From Flavobacteriales bacterium (GTDB lineage: Bacteria; Bacteroidota; Bacteroidia; CAIKAF01): a stretch of 55,920 nucleotides of DNA. The DNA lies in NCBI GenBank assembly GCA_025451295.1, contig JANWKQ010000041.1, positions 1-55,920 on the forward strand, in the 5' to 3' direction. Under the pieces are notes generated by a model that saw only the letters and a program-made list of their open reading frames with translations, was not told where the DNA came from and ran no database searches. Below, piece after piece: positions 20,799 through 30,366 of the stretch (position 1 is its first letter; each line of letters starts with the position of its first letter). The position numbers were made by a program, and so were the translations under genes.

Positions 20799-22217
20799 TC
20801 AGGGTTTAAACAGAAAGCAACCACCCCAATAGCAATAATAAGAGCAATCTGATTGAACACCATTGATGATTATATACTTTTCGGATGAGCTTCCGCTTAC
20901 AATGGCACCTTTTTCCTCATTCGCAAAAACCTGCACGATATTCGATTTTGGCCCGGTGATGTTATATACTGAACCCCATTCTCCGTTTGGGTCAATGGTG
21001 GTATAAAATCCTTCAGAATAACCCTGGTTTTCACTATGGCATTCATAGTTTTGATTATTAATTTGCAGGGTATAGCTATACGTTCCTGCCATGGCGACCC
21101 CTCCTTTTATTTTAGCCATGTGACTTACCCTTACATTGGTTGATCCTTTTATATTTTTACACCATACAAAATTCCATGATGAATCGATTTTGCCTATGAA
21201 TCCATGCTCCTCAGGAGGGTTGACACTCTCTGCATCGGAATATTCGAAACCTTTACCAAAAAATTTTGCACCTATATAAGGACGGCCATCTTCCTGTTTT
21301 TTTGAATAGGTATCGTTGCCTTTATGGTAACCTGAAAAATAAATATGACCGTTTCTGTCTACGAGCATATCCTCCACGGTGATATCATTTTCTGCCATTA
21401 TAGCACTTTTTACCGGAGTACCGTTGCCATTCAATTTAACCAGAAATAATTTATTGTAATAGAGGGAAAGTTTTGCCTTGTACATCACATCGGTTTTGAA
21501 GGTAGTGAGGCCAACATCAGCCTGCGCACCGTAGTAACAGGATATGTAAAGATTGCCATCCGAGTCTGTAGCCATATCCTGCAAACGCAATTCAGTAAAA
21601 CCGTCAATTCCGCCCTCCATTTTATATTGCCATAGCAGGTTTCCGTTTAGATCAAATGTTTTAAAATAATATTGACTGTACATTTTTTTGGAGAGCTGCA
21701 GATTATCAACAGTTGCTACAGAGCCATCTTCCTCAAAGGTGGCATAGGTAACCAATTTTCCACCAAGGTATTCCCCATCCGTATATACATCATAGGTAGT
21801 TCCGGTAATGGTGGTTATGTTTATCTTATTCAGCAGATTTCCATTCAGATCGTATGAATATTGTACAAGCGAATAGCTTTCCGTAACATCGCCTTTTTCG
21901 CGTTCCTGCATTAATACATATACGGTTTCATTGATGATGGCAAAATCTCTTGGTAATTGAGAACATTCAACCAGCCAGCTAAAATTATTTTCCGAATTGA
22001 GTTTACCAATCATCCAGGCATGATCGTCTGTATAATCCTTATCGGTTCCATTGATCTTGATCCTTCCACGAACACTACCACAGACATACGTATTGTTGGC
22101 CTTGTCAAATTCCATTAGATAGATGGAGGAATAAGTAGACGCATTAATAAAGGATGCCTGTTGGGCATTAATGTCAGAAAAAAGGATGAATGCTAAAAGG
22201 AAGATGATTTTTTTCAT
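20799..22217 (-). CDS. exported beta-propeller (SBBP-like repeat) hypothetical protein
   Basis: Signal peptide. Recurrent D(S/R)xGN(L/I)Y(I/F)SGY-type repeats (DSDGNLYISCYYG, DRNGHIYFSGYHKG). Confidence 0.55.
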   Translation of the reverse strand: MKKIIFLLAFILFSDINAQQASFINASTYSSIYLMEFDKANNTYVCGSVRGRIKINGTDKDYTDDHAWMIGKLNSENNFSWLVECSQLPRDFAIINETVYVLMQEREKGDVTESYSLVQYSYDLNGNLLNKINITTITGTTYDVYTDGEYLGGKLVTYATFEEDGSVATVDNLQLSKKMYSQYYFKTFDLNGNLLWQYKMEGGIDGFTELRLQDMATDSDGNLYISCYYGAQADVGLTTFKTDVMYKAKLSLYYNKLFLVKLNGNGTPVKSAIMAENDITVEDMLVDRNGHIYFSGYHKGNDTYSKKQEDGRPYIGAKFFGKGFEYSDAESVNPPEEHGFIGKIDSSWNFVWCKNIKGSTNVRVSHMAKIKGGVAMAGTYSYTLQINNQNYECHSENQGYSEGFYTTIDPNGEWGSVYNITGPKSNIVQVFANEEKGAIVSGSSSEKYIIINGVQSDCSYYCYWGGCFLFKP

Positions 22218-22481
22218 GCTGGCTGTTTATTAGGGATTCTAACGTAAAGCTAAATGATTTTTCCGGGTTTTGGGGCGGAACAAAAGATTTTTTGAGTGAA
22301 TGGATATATTGTTAGAGGGAATTAAGAAGCTGGACGTTGGAAGTTTCCCTCGGATGCCCTACTTCCAGCTAAAAACTGTATATTTATCCGAAGGATGAGT
22401 AGGACTATATTCATATTATTTTCTTGTTATTCGTCGATGGAGGCTAAGACCTCAAAATCCGGAACGGACTGGAAAAAATGT

Positions 22482-23324
22482 ATGAAGATTCCATTTTTGA
22501 CTATGGCTATTTTCATCGTTATTTTTTGCACTTCGGATGCATCTGCTCAATTTCCCAGGGTGTTTCAACAAAACGATCAGGAATTAATTGAGAGGTATAA
22601 GATCCGTCAAATGGATGTGTATAAATTACCTGATTCTACCTTAGAAGAAACTTTTTTATATGATTCGACTGGTAACATTCTATCTGAGATCACCTGGTTG
22701 GAAGGTAAAAAATATTATACCATCGATTATTTCTATAAAGATGGACGATTATTGAAAGAAGAGTGGAATGAAAGAAATGATTTAGGGATCATGCACTGGG
22801 ATGAAAATTTTTATTTTTTCTATCCGGATTCGCAAACGGTGTGGATGCTATCAGCCGATAGTAGATGGCTTGCTAAACACCTGGAAAAAAATGGATTTTC
22901 TCCTTCCGACACGAACCGACTTTTGAATAAAAGGTACTTTAATAGTGGAGGGCTGAAGATTAGCTATTATACTTCCGGAAAGAAGTATCAGGATATAGTT
23001 TATCTGGGAGAAAAAAAAACAAGGACATATCCGATTAAAATGGATCGCTTGGGCAATGAATATACTTTGTACGATGAAGATCTGTCGTCCTTTCTAATAA
23101 GACAAACACCAGACAGTATTATTGTGAACTGGAAATACCATAGTATCGTGTTCTCCTGTAATGAAATGGGAGATGTGATGACTGTCAGGGATTATTCTTT
23201 ATTTAGTGGCACCCATCTATGGCAGGCAGAATATGACAATGACCTGTTAAAATTGGTTACAGATACAGACATAGAAAGAAATGTGGTGGATTCATATTAC
23301 TTTCAATACAAATACTATGAATGA
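22482..23324 (+). CDS. hypothetical exported protein
   Basis: The start is placed at MKIPFLTMAIFIVIFCTSDASAQ (signal peptide). The track start at 22395 remains possible, since a TATATTTA box lies 10 nt upstream of it. Confidence 0.5.
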   Translation: MKIPFLTMAIFIVIFCTSDASAQFPRVFQQNDQELIERYKIRQMDVYKLPDSTLEETFLYDSTGNILSEITWLEGKKYYTIDYFYKDGRLLKEEWNERNDLGIMHWDENFYFFYPDSQTVWMLSADSRWLAKHLEKNGFSPSDTNRLLNKRYFNSGGLKISYYTSGKKYQDIVYLGEKKTRTYPIKMDRLGNEYTLYDEDLSSFLIRQTPDSIIVNWKYHSIVFSCNEMGDVMTVRDYSLFSGTHLWQAEYDNDLLKLVTDTDIERNVVDSYYFQYKYYE

Positions 23325-23856
23325 TCAGCCTATGATACGTTTTGACTTGAACAAAAGCCTGGAGCTTCTTGAACGAACTCCTACTGCCATCGAACATCTT
23401 CTTTCCGGACTGTCGGATGAATGGATATATAACAACGAAGGAGGAGAAACTTTTAGCCCGTATGATGTAATGGGACATTTGGTTCATGGAGAAACCACCG
23501 ATTGGATTGCCCGTACAAAAAAGATATTATCTGAGAATGATAAAGACTTTGCCGTTTTCGACCGTTTTGCCATGTATGATGAAAGTAAAGGAAAATCTCT
23601 GCAACAACTCTTAACTGAATTTAAAGAGATCAGAAAAAAGAACCTTGATTTTATCAAATCGCTCAACATAACAGAAGATATGTTGGATAAAAAGGGAATT
23701 CACCCCAAATTTGGTGAAGTTACTTTACGACAACTTTTATCTACCTGGACCGTTCACGATTTAGGACATATTGGACAAATAGTTCGTGTCATGAGTAAAC
23801 AGTATAAAGAAAATGTGGGTCCTTGGGTAGAGTACTTAAGAATATTGAAGGATTAG
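23317..23856 (+). CDS. DinB-family (four-helix-bundle metal-binding) protein
   Basis: The start is trimmed to MNDQPMIRF. The DinB-like His pattern is present (DVMGHLVHGE ... WTVHDLGHIGQI). It overlaps the upstream stop by 8 nt. Confidence 0.6.
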   Translation: MNDQPMIRFDLNKSLELLERTPTAIEHLLSGLSDEWIYNNEGGETFSPYDVMGHLVHGETTDWIARTKKILSENDKDFAVFDRFAMYDESKGKSLQQLLTEFKEIRKKNLDFIKSLNITEDMLDKKGIHPKFGEVTLRQLLSTWTVHDLGHIGQIVRVMSKQYKENVGPWVEYLRILKD

Positions 23857-23923
23857 AAAAATTTACCACTGGTGACTGGCGATTTCTTCCTATATTCGTC
23901 AATCATAAATCCTCATTTGTCAA

Positions 23924-24382
23924 TTGCCAGTTTCAGCCGGAATATTAGTTTTTAAAAAAGAGAATGAACAGCTTTATTTTTTACTGGCACATCCCGGTGG
24001 CCCATTTTATAAAAAGAAGGATTTGGGAGCCTGGGGAATTCCAAAAGGATTGCTTGATCCAGGAGAGGAACCTTTAGCGGCTGCTAAAAGAGAATTTTTA
24101 GAAGAAACCAGTTTAATACTACCCGATGGAGATTTTATAGAATTACCCATGGTAAAATATAAAAACGGGAAGACTTTATATAGCTGGGCGATCGAAGTAG
24201 AAGAATTTTCATTGGAAAACTTCAAAAGCAATACATTTGAAGTGAAGTGGCCACCCAAAACGGAAGAATTGGCCACCTTTGACGAGATAGACCAGTTAAT
24301 TTTTTTTGAATTAACAATAGCCAAAGAAAAAATACATCCGGTTCAGCTACCTTTGATAGTGTGGATTGAAAATTTGAAATAG
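23924..24382 (+). CDS. NUDIX hydrolase
   Basis: The Nudix box is GIPKGLLDPGEEPLAAAKREFLEETS. The start codon is TTG. Confidence 0.8.
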   Translation: MPVSAGILVFKKENEQLYFLLAHPGGPFYKKKDLGAWGIPKGLLDPGEEPLAAAKREFLEETSLILPDGDFIELPMVKYKNGKTLYSWAIEVEEFSLENFKSNTFEVKWPPKTEELATFDEIDQLIFFELTIAKEKIHPVQLPLIVWIENLK

Positions 24383-24383
24383 G

Positions 24384-25127
24384 ATGAAAAAAAACAGGAT
24401 CATTTTTTTTCTGTTGTTTTTGGTGATTGCCTGCAAACCAACTAAAAACGATTTGGTACTCAATGCAGGGTATCGTCCGATTCAGGATGGCAAGGAAGAT
24501 TCGGTAATTAACCAGATCATCGCTCCGTATAAAATGGCACTTGATTCAGAGATGAATGAGGTAATTGGTATTTCAAATGTTGCGATGGAAAAGGGAGGGG
24601 AGCTTCTGAAATTTTTTGTGGCTGACTGTGTATTGGAATATGCGAGGATCATCTATCCGGAAACTGATTTTTGTCTCCTGAATAATGGCGGCTTAAGAGC
24701 TTCTATTCCATTGGGCGATATTACGGTGGGTAATATATATGAAGTAATGCCATTCGACAATGAAATTGTGGTGGTTAGCTTAAAGGGGGATCAACTGCTC
24801 CCGATGTTCCAATACATAGCGGATAAACATGGAGTACCTATTGCCGGAATGACGATTCAGATAGGTCCGGGGTTTGACAAGGAGTTTTGGAAATACAAGG
24901 AGCCTATGATTGGAGGCAAACTTTTCGACCCAACGAAAACCTATAAAATAGCAACATCAGATTATCTTGCGAACGGAGGAGATAATATGACCTTTTGGTC
25001 AACCGGAACCATAGAAACAACCTCCATTAAAATCCGGGATGCCATTATCAACCATATTCGTTTGCAAACGGCTCAGCATGTAAAAATAAATCCCGGGCTT
25101 GATGGAAGAATTTCAGCTACCTATTAA
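24384..25127 (+). CDS. 5'-nucleotidase C-terminal (substrate-binding) domain lipoprotein
   Basis: Lipobox FLVIAC. 5_nucleotid_C-like motifs are present (NNGGLRASIP, GNIYEVMPFDNEIV, SDYLANGGDN). Confidence 0.7.
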   Translation: MKKNRIIFFLLFLVIACKPTKNDLVLNAGYRPIQDGKEDSVINQIIAPYKMALDSEMNEVIGISNVAMEKGGELLKFFVADCVLEYARIIYPETDFCLLNNGGLRASIPLGDITVGNIYEVMPFDNEIVVVSLKGDQLLPMFQYIADKHGVPIAGMTIQIGPGFDKEFWKYKEPMIGGKLFDPTKTYKIATSDYLANGGDNMTFWSTGTIETTSIKIRDAIINHIRLQTAQHVKINPGLDGRISATY

Positions 25128-26042
25128 ATGAGGAGAAGAAGATTCATACAATCGGTGCTGTTAACTTCAGGTGGAATTGCCTTATCACCTAAACTTATTT
25201 TAGGAAATGCTTTTCCCGGGATAAAAAGACTGGTAATCCTTCACACGAATGATATGCATAGCCATATTGATCCATTTGCAGCCAATGATCCAAGGTATCC
25301 GGGTCAGGGAGGAATTGCAAAAAGAGCAGCGATGATAGAAGAGATCCGAAATGAGGGGATGGATGTTTTATTGTTCGACTGCGGGGATATTTTTCAGGGG
25401 ACACCTTACTTTAACTATTATCTGGGAGAGCTAGAGATCAAATTGATGAACCAAATGAAGTATGATGCAGCCACCATAGGTAACCATGATTTTGATGGCG
25501 GGCTTGAAAATCTGGGGTCTAAAATAGATATGGCTGAGTTTAGTTTTATTAATTGTAATTATGATTTGAGTAACTCGGTTTTGGCGACGAAGGTTGTACC
25601 TTATAAGATCTTTAAAAAATCGGGTCTGAAAATCGGGGTATTAGGAGTTGGGATCAAACTGGAAGGGCTGGTTGACAAAAAATTATTTGGAAGCATCCTA
25701 TATAATGATCCAATAGAAAATGCCAACAGGATCGCCAAAATCCTCAGGGAAGAAAAGAAGTGTGACCTGGTAGTTTGCTTGTCGCATCTGGGATACGAGT
25801 ATAAGGGTGATCAGGTGAGTGATCTATTACTGGCCGCTCAAAGCTCTGATATTGACATCATCTTCGGAGGGCATACCCATACTTTTTTAAAAGAGGCAAC
25901 AATTATTGCCAACAAACATGGCAAAAATGTAACCGTTTCACAAGCGGGTTGGGCGGGATTAATTTTAGGTCGGGTTGACGTTGCTATAAACCCTGAAACG
26001 CTTGAAGTATCAGCATTTTCGGGCACAAACGAAATTTCTTAA
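25128..26042 (+). CDS. calcineurin-like metallophosphoesterase (5'-nucleotidase N-terminal catalytic half) with a twin-arginine signal
   Basis: The N-terminus is MRRRRFIQSVLLTSGG (Tat-like). Motifs HTNDMHS, DCGDIFQG, GNHDFD and GGHTH are present. The ATG directly follows the upstream TAA. Confidence 0.75.
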   Translation: MRRRRFIQSVLLTSGGIALSPKLILGNAFPGIKRLVILHTNDMHSHIDPFAANDPRYPGQGGIAKRAAMIEEIRNEGMDVLLFDCGDIFQGTPYFNYYLGELEIKLMNQMKYDAATIGNHDFDGGLENLGSKIDMAEFSFINCNYDLSNSVLATKVVPYKIFKKSGLKIGVLGVGIKLEGLVDKKLFGSILYNDPIENANRIAKILREEKKCDLVVCLSHLGYEYKGDQVSDLLLAAQSSDIDIIFGGHTHTFLKEATIIANKHGKNVTVSQAGWAGLILGRVDVAINPETLEVSAFSGTNEIS

Positions 26043-26118
26043 AAAACAATAGGGTAAAAGTTTTTTTTTCCCTTTTTTATCCTAATATTTGCTGTGAGCA
26101 ATCAAACATACGATCAAT

Positions 26119-26145
26119 AAAGGAACTCAGCGTTCCTTTTTTTTT
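26119..26145 (+). terminator. rho-independent terminator after the 5'-nucleotidase genes
   Basis: AAAGGAAC-TCAGC-GTTCCTTT forms a perfect 8-bp stem and is followed by a T-run (9 T in total). Confidence 0.7.
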
Positions 26146-26183
26146 CGAAAGAAATTGCAAATCAATGTTTCAGATCAAAAAAA

Positions 26184-26193
26184 GAGGAGGTGA
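26184..26193 (+). promoter_or_regulatory. canonical Shine-Dalgarno GAGGAGGTGA upstream of dnaA
   Basis: There are 7 nt between GGAGG and the ATG at 26198. No comparable SD is seen upstream of the other genes I inspected. Confidence 0.5.
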
Positions 26194-26197
26194 AATT

Positions 26198-27628
26198 ATG
26201 GCGAAAAACCACAATGATTTATGGGAGAACTGTCTGAACATTATCCGGGATAACGTAAGCCCCCAAAGCTACAAAACCTGGTTTGAGCCAATACAGCCGC
26301 TTAAACTTGCTGATAATGTTCTGACGATCCAAGTTCCTTCCCAATTTTTTTACGAATGGCTGGAAGAACACTACATTACCTTATTGAAAAAAGTAGTAAA
26401 AAAGGAGTTGGGACCTGAGGGCAGATTAGAGTACAGTATTATTATGGAGAACCACACGAATGCAAAGCAATCTTACTCAGTAAAATTACCTACGACAGAC
26501 AAAAAAGCATTAGCAAATCCTACAGTGAACATGCCGATTGATTTGGGTGGAAACAAATCAATCAAGAATCCCTTTATTATTCCCGGGCTGAAAAAAGTAA
26601 ATATTGATTCAAACCTTAATCCTAATTACACCTTTGAAAATTTTGTTGAAGGAGACTGCAACCGTCTCGCCAGATCAGCTGGTTATGCTGTGGCTAAAAA
26701 TCCCGGTGGCACATCTTTTAACCCTTTAATGGTTTATGGAAGCACAGGTTTGGGAAAAACCCATCTGCTCCATGGAATTGGAATTGAAATTAAAAAGAAC
26801 TTTCCTAACAAGACTGTACTTTATGTACCGTCGGAGAAATTTATCAATCAATTCATTGACGCTGTAAAAAGTGGAAGCAATAATGATTTCGTAAACTTCT
26901 ACCAGTTGGTGGATGTTCTGATTATCGATGATGTACAGTATTTAGCCGGAAAAGAGAAAACACAGGACGTGTTCTTCCATATTTTTAATCACCTGCACCA
27001 AAATGGAAAACAACTTATTTTAAGTTCCGACAAACCACCAGTTGAATTGCAGGGTATGGAACAACGCCTTCTTTCTCGTTTTAAATGGGGCCTTTCTGCG
27101 GATTTACAAATTCCTGAGTTAGAAACCAGAATTGCCATCCTTGAAAAGAAAATTTACAACGATGGAATCGAATTACCTAAAGATGTAATCGAGTATTTAG
27201 CATATAGCATTACCACAAACATCAGAGAACTAGAAGGTGCACTTATTTCATTAATTGCCCAGTCATCGCTCAATAAGAAAGAGGTTACACTCGATCTTGC
27301 TAAAAAGATGATCGATAAATTTGTGAAGAACAATGCACGTGAAGTTTCGATTGATTATATCCAAAAAGTGGTTTGCGATTATTTTGAGTTACCTATTGAA
27401 CTCATGAAATCAAAGACCCGTAAACGTGAAGTTGTACAGGCAAGACAAATTGCCATGTATTTTGCCAAAAACTACACAAAATCTTCTTTAGCTACCATTG
27501 GTGCTCATTGCGGAGGTAAGGATCATGCTACTGTATTGCATGCCTGCAAAACAGTGAACAATCTAATGGAAACAGACAAGCGGTTCAGAGCTTACGTGGA
27601 CGAACTTGAAAAGAAGATCAATATCTAA
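26198..27628 (+). CDS. dnaA: chromosomal replication initiator DnaA
   Basis: The N-terminus is MAKNHNDLWENCLNIIRDNV...YKTWFEPI. Walker A is GSTGLGKTHLLHGIG and Walker B is LIIDDVQ. The C-terminal DNA-binding HTH is REVVQARQIAMYFAK...GGKDHATVLHACK. Confidence 0.97.
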   Translation: MAKNHNDLWENCLNIIRDNVSPQSYKTWFEPIQPLKLADNVLTIQVPSQFFYEWLEEHYITLLKKVVKKELGPEGRLEYSIIMENHTNAKQSYSVKLPTTDKKALANPTVNMPIDLGGNKSIKNPFIIPGLKKVNIDSNLNPNYTFENFVEGDCNRLARSAGYAVAKNPGGTSFNPLMVYGSTGLGKTHLLHGIGIEIKKNFPNKTVLYVPSEKFINQFIDAVKSGSNNDFVNFYQLVDVLIIDDVQYLAGKEKTQDVFFHIFNHLHQNGKQLILSSDKPPVELQGMEQRLLSRFKWGLSADLQIPELETRIAILEKKIYNDGIELPKDVIEYLAYSITTNIRELEGALISLIAQSSLNKKEVTLDLAKKMIDKFVKNNAREVSIDYIQKVVCDYFELPIELMKSKTRKREVVQARQIAMYFAKNYTKSSLATIGAHCGGKDHATVLHACKTVNNLMETDKRFRAYVDELEKKINI

Positions 27629-27662
27629 CGTTTTTTTTAGTCAGTGCCGGATTAATAAATAA

Positions 27663-27694
27663 AAAGCCGCTTCTTCCACGAGGCGGCTTTTGTT
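27663..27694. terminator. hairpin terminator between convergent dnaA and usp genes
   Basis: AAAGCCGCTTC / GAGGCGGCTTT forms the stem. One pair is G-U on the plus RNA and an A-C mismatch on the minus RNA. T-rich tails follow on both strands. Confidence 0.6.
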
Positions 27695-27696
27695 AT

Positions 27697-28521
27697 TTAA
27701 TAGTGATAGATCAATAAGGGCTTTTTTGAATGTAAGATCAAATCTCTGGTTACACTCTTATGAAACAGTTTCTCCAGAAAATGTCGTTTTACAGTATAAA
27801 GTACAAGAAGATCTGCCTTGCATTCTTCGGCATATTGTGTTAATCCTTTGGCCGTATCCTGGGCCGGTCGGTGAACAACGGTAGCTATCTGATCCGGAAA
27901 CCTCTTTCGCAAATCCTTCAGGACAATTTCATCGCTTACAATATCCAGCTGGTAATTATTGTCGATTTTTACGAAGTTAAGTTCCCAGTTAAGTTCTTCT
28001 GATAGGTCAATCACTTTTTTTAGTATTTCAGGACTTTCTTCTTCAAGATGGAGTCCCACTACTACATTTTTAAAACCATGAAGATCATGTCCTTTTGGGA
28101 TCACCAATAAAGGAGAACGTATCCTTTCAAAAACATGTGAAGTATTGGTTCCAAAGATATCTTCGATCAGGTTATGGGAACCATCGGTGAGCATCACGAT
28201 TAAAAAGGGATCTAAACGGTTCGCAAGGGCGATCAGTTCCTGATCGAAAAAACCAATGGGAGTGGAAACATTCACCTCATAGCCACTTCTTCTTAATTCG
28301 GCTGCAAGGGAATTAACTTCTTTTTCTTCCGTCTTTCTAATATCCTCAATTAAATTCTCTCCAACCGCCAATATGGCGTCTCCAACTCCTACCGGAGTGG
28401 GTATAGTTATTACATGCAATAAATGCAGTTGAATATTGCTCTGTTTGTCAAAAAAAGAGGCGATTTTTTTTATTTCCTCTGCTGAAGCCTGCCGGGATAC
28501 CGGTACTAATAGAGTTTTCAT
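27697..28521 (-). CDS. tandem-domain universal stress protein (UspA family)
   Basis: 274 aa comprising two Usp-like halves (MKTLLVPVS... and FKNVVVGLHLEEE...LVLYTV...SKKPLLIY). Confidence 0.7.
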   Translation of the reverse strand: MKTLLVPVSRQASAEEIKKIASFFDKQSNIQLHLLHVITIPTPVGVGDAILAVGENLIEDIRKTEEKEVNSLAAELRRSGYEVNVSTPIGFFDQELIALANRLDPFLIVMLTDGSHNLIEDIFGTNTSHVFERIRSPLLVIPKGHDLHGFKNVVVGLHLEEESPEILKKVIDLSEELNWELNFVKIDNNYQLDIVSDEIVLKDLRKRFPDQIATVVHRPAQDTAKGLTQYAEECKADLLVLYTVKRHFLEKLFHKSVTRDLILHSKKPLLIYHY

Positions 28522-28603
28522 AATCAGCGTATTTATTATGTAAAGAATATATATGTAAATTTACGCATTATCAATATTAAGAGGTGTTAAACAGGTTTAA
28601 AGT

Positions 28604-29071
28604 TTGAGCAATGAGTTTAAAATATTGATGGTTTGTTTAGGTAATATCTGCCGGTCGCCCATGGCCGAAGGTATGATGAAACATCAACTCAGCCAACGTG
28701 GTTTGAACGTAATGGTCGATTCAGCCGGAACCGGTGGATGGCATGCCGGTGAGAATCCTGATCCCCGTGCCATTAAAACCATGCAGCAACACGGAATTGA
28801 TATTTCAAAATTGGTCGCCCGTCAATTCAAGAAAAATGATTTTGATCAGTTTGATCTGATCCTTGTGATGGATGAATCAAATGAAATGGATGTATTAAAA
28901 CTAACAAATAGTGAATCACACCATAAAAAAGTGAAATTGATCCTGAAATATACATCCACCAGTGATCTATCTGTTCCAGATCCATGGTATGGTGGCATGG
29001 ATGGATTTGAGAAAGTATATCATATGCTTTACGCAGCCTGCGATGGTGTAATTAAATCCCATTTTGAATGA
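28604..29071 (+). CDS. low-molecular-weight protein-tyrosine phosphatase
   Basis: The P-loop is VCLGNICRSPMAEG (CX5R-S) and the DPWYG Asp loop is present. The start codon is TTG. Confidence 0.9.
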   Translation: MSNEFKILMVCLGNICRSPMAEGMMKHQLSQRGLNVMVDSAGTGGWHAGENPDPRAIKTMQQHGIDISKLVARQFKKNDFDQFDLILVMDESNEMDVLKLTNSESHHKKVKLILKYTSTSDLSVPDPWYGGMDGFEKVYHMLYAACDGVIKSHFE

Positions 29072-29784
29072 AAACCGGGACTTTATTCTTAATACCTAAT
29101 TATATTGGCGATACCCATGCTTCCCGCCAATTTCCTTTATATAACAAGGAGATCATACAAAGTTTGAAATATTTTTTTGTTGAAAATCCAAAACCTGCCC
29201 GTGCACTTATTAAATCATTGTATACAGAGGTAAACTTTGATGAAGTTGAGCTTTTTCACTTCGACAAACATTCAAATGATAACCAGGAGGTTTATACTTC
29301 TGTGCTGAATGTTTTAAAAAATGGTTTCAATGTGGGTGTTGTATCAGATGCCGGTTGCCCTGGTATTGCCGATCCTGGCTCGGAACTTGTAAGATGGGCG
29401 CATGAAAAAAATATTGAGGTGATTCCTTTAGTGGGCCCTTCATCTATCTTTCTAACGTTAATGGCCAGCGGATTGAATGGACAAAATTTCACCTTCCTTG
29501 GATATTTACCAAAAGGCGGTGCCGAAAGAAAAGAACAGATTAAAAAAATGATTGTACAGATCAGAAATTCTGGCACCACTTTTCTAATGATCGAGACTCC
29601 TTATAAAACGGATGCTACCTTTAAAGAACTGCTTGAACTTCTGAATCCAGACAACCACTTATGCCTGGGGATTGATATTTTTTCTAACCCGCAACGGGTA
29701 ATTACCAGGACTGTACAGGCATGGCGAGACATGAAAGCCTTGCCATCACTGAAGGATAGACAGGTTGTTTTTGCTGTGGGCTAA
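29068..29784 (+). CDS. tetrapyrrole-methylase-fold SAM methyltransferase (RsmI/YraL-like)
   Basis: VVSDAGCPGIADPGSELV matches the RsmI-type SAM pocket. There is an ATGA overlap with the upstream gene. Confidence 0.6.
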   Translation: MKTGTLFLIPNYIGDTHASRQFPLYNKEIIQSLKYFFVENPKPARALIKSLYTEVNFDEVELFHFDKHSNDNQEVYTSVLNVLKNGFNVGVVSDAGCPGIADPGSELVRWAHEKNIEVIPLVGPSSIFLTLMASGLNGQNFTFLGYLPKGGAERKEQIKKMIVQIRNSGTTFLMIETPYKTDATFKELLELLNPDNHLCLGIDIFSNPQRVITRTVQAWRDMKALPSLKDRQVVFAVG

Positions 29785-29789
29785 ATTTG
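29782..29789 (+). promoter_or_regulatory. -7 promoter box TAAATTTG
   Basis: Perfect TAnnTTTG overlapping the stop codon of the preceding gene, 59 nt upstream of the ATG at 29848. Confidence 0.35.
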
Positions 29790-29847
29790 CCAATTCAACC
29801 GGTTTTATTAATTTTAGTACCTGTAAATCACCAATAAAAATTGACCT

Positions 29848-30306
29848 ATGAATGCAAAACAGATTTTTCTTGCTTTGATGACAATCTTTTCTTCGATCAC
29901 CCTGTTTTCTCAACAGCTGGAGGAAAATACGGATGAAGAAAGCTGCTATAGAAAATGGTATAAGATATTTCAATTAAGAGGTGCTGATGAAGTTCCCGAT
30001 GGAGATTATGATAATGTTGTGGTGAGTCTAAGACAAGGCGTACATGGAGATTGTTATTATGGTAAAGTAACGGTTAAAAAAGGAACCATTCGCTCTATCC
30101 AGATCAGAATTGTGGATGGTCAGTTTGAGAAAGTGACTTTTGATGCAAAAGATGATTATGCAGTTATCAACGGGATTTCTGAAACCATTGTAGCCAGGCT
30201 AAGGGGCGACCGACAGGAAGTAAATATTGTTTTCAAGGAAAAACTCAGACCCAAGGGAAATTCTTACGATGTTGCTCCGGATCCGGATATAGAGGAATAC
30301 AAATAA
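29848..30306 (+). CDS. hypothetical exported protein
   Basis: 152-aa ORF with a signal peptide (FLALMTIFSSITLFSQ). No motif recognised. Confidence 0.55.
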   Translation: MNAKQIFLALMTIFSSITLFSQQLEENTDEESCYRKWYKIFQLRGADEVPDGDYDNVVVSLRQGVHGDCYYGKVTVKKGTIRSIQIRIVDGQFEKVTFDAKDDYAVINGISETIVARLRGDRQEVNIVFKEKLRPKGNSYDVAPDPDIEEYK

Positions 30307-30330
30307 TTCTAAAAAGTTTTTGATCAGTTC

Positions 30331-30366
30331 TAAAAACCAAAAGGGAAGCTTTCGCCTCCCTCTTGG
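30331..30366 (-). terminator. minus-strand intrinsic terminator with no upstream minus-strand CDS
   Basis: The minus RNA is CCAAGAGGGAGGC-GAAA-GCUUCCCUUUUGG followed by UUUUUA. This is a 13-bp stem with a GNRA loop. The two non-Watson-Crick positions are G-U on the minus RNA but A-C on the plus RNA. Confidence 0.6.

Noticed and set aside
26043-27696. oriC expected next to dnaA.
   Set aside because: I scanned both flanks, and the rest of the window by eye, for TTATCCACA/TGTGGATAA. I found only isolated 7-8/9 matches inside coding regions (for example 45186..45194 and 46845..46853), with no intergenic cluster and no obvious AT-rich unwinding element. A formal DnaA-box and GC-skew analysis on the whole genome is needed.
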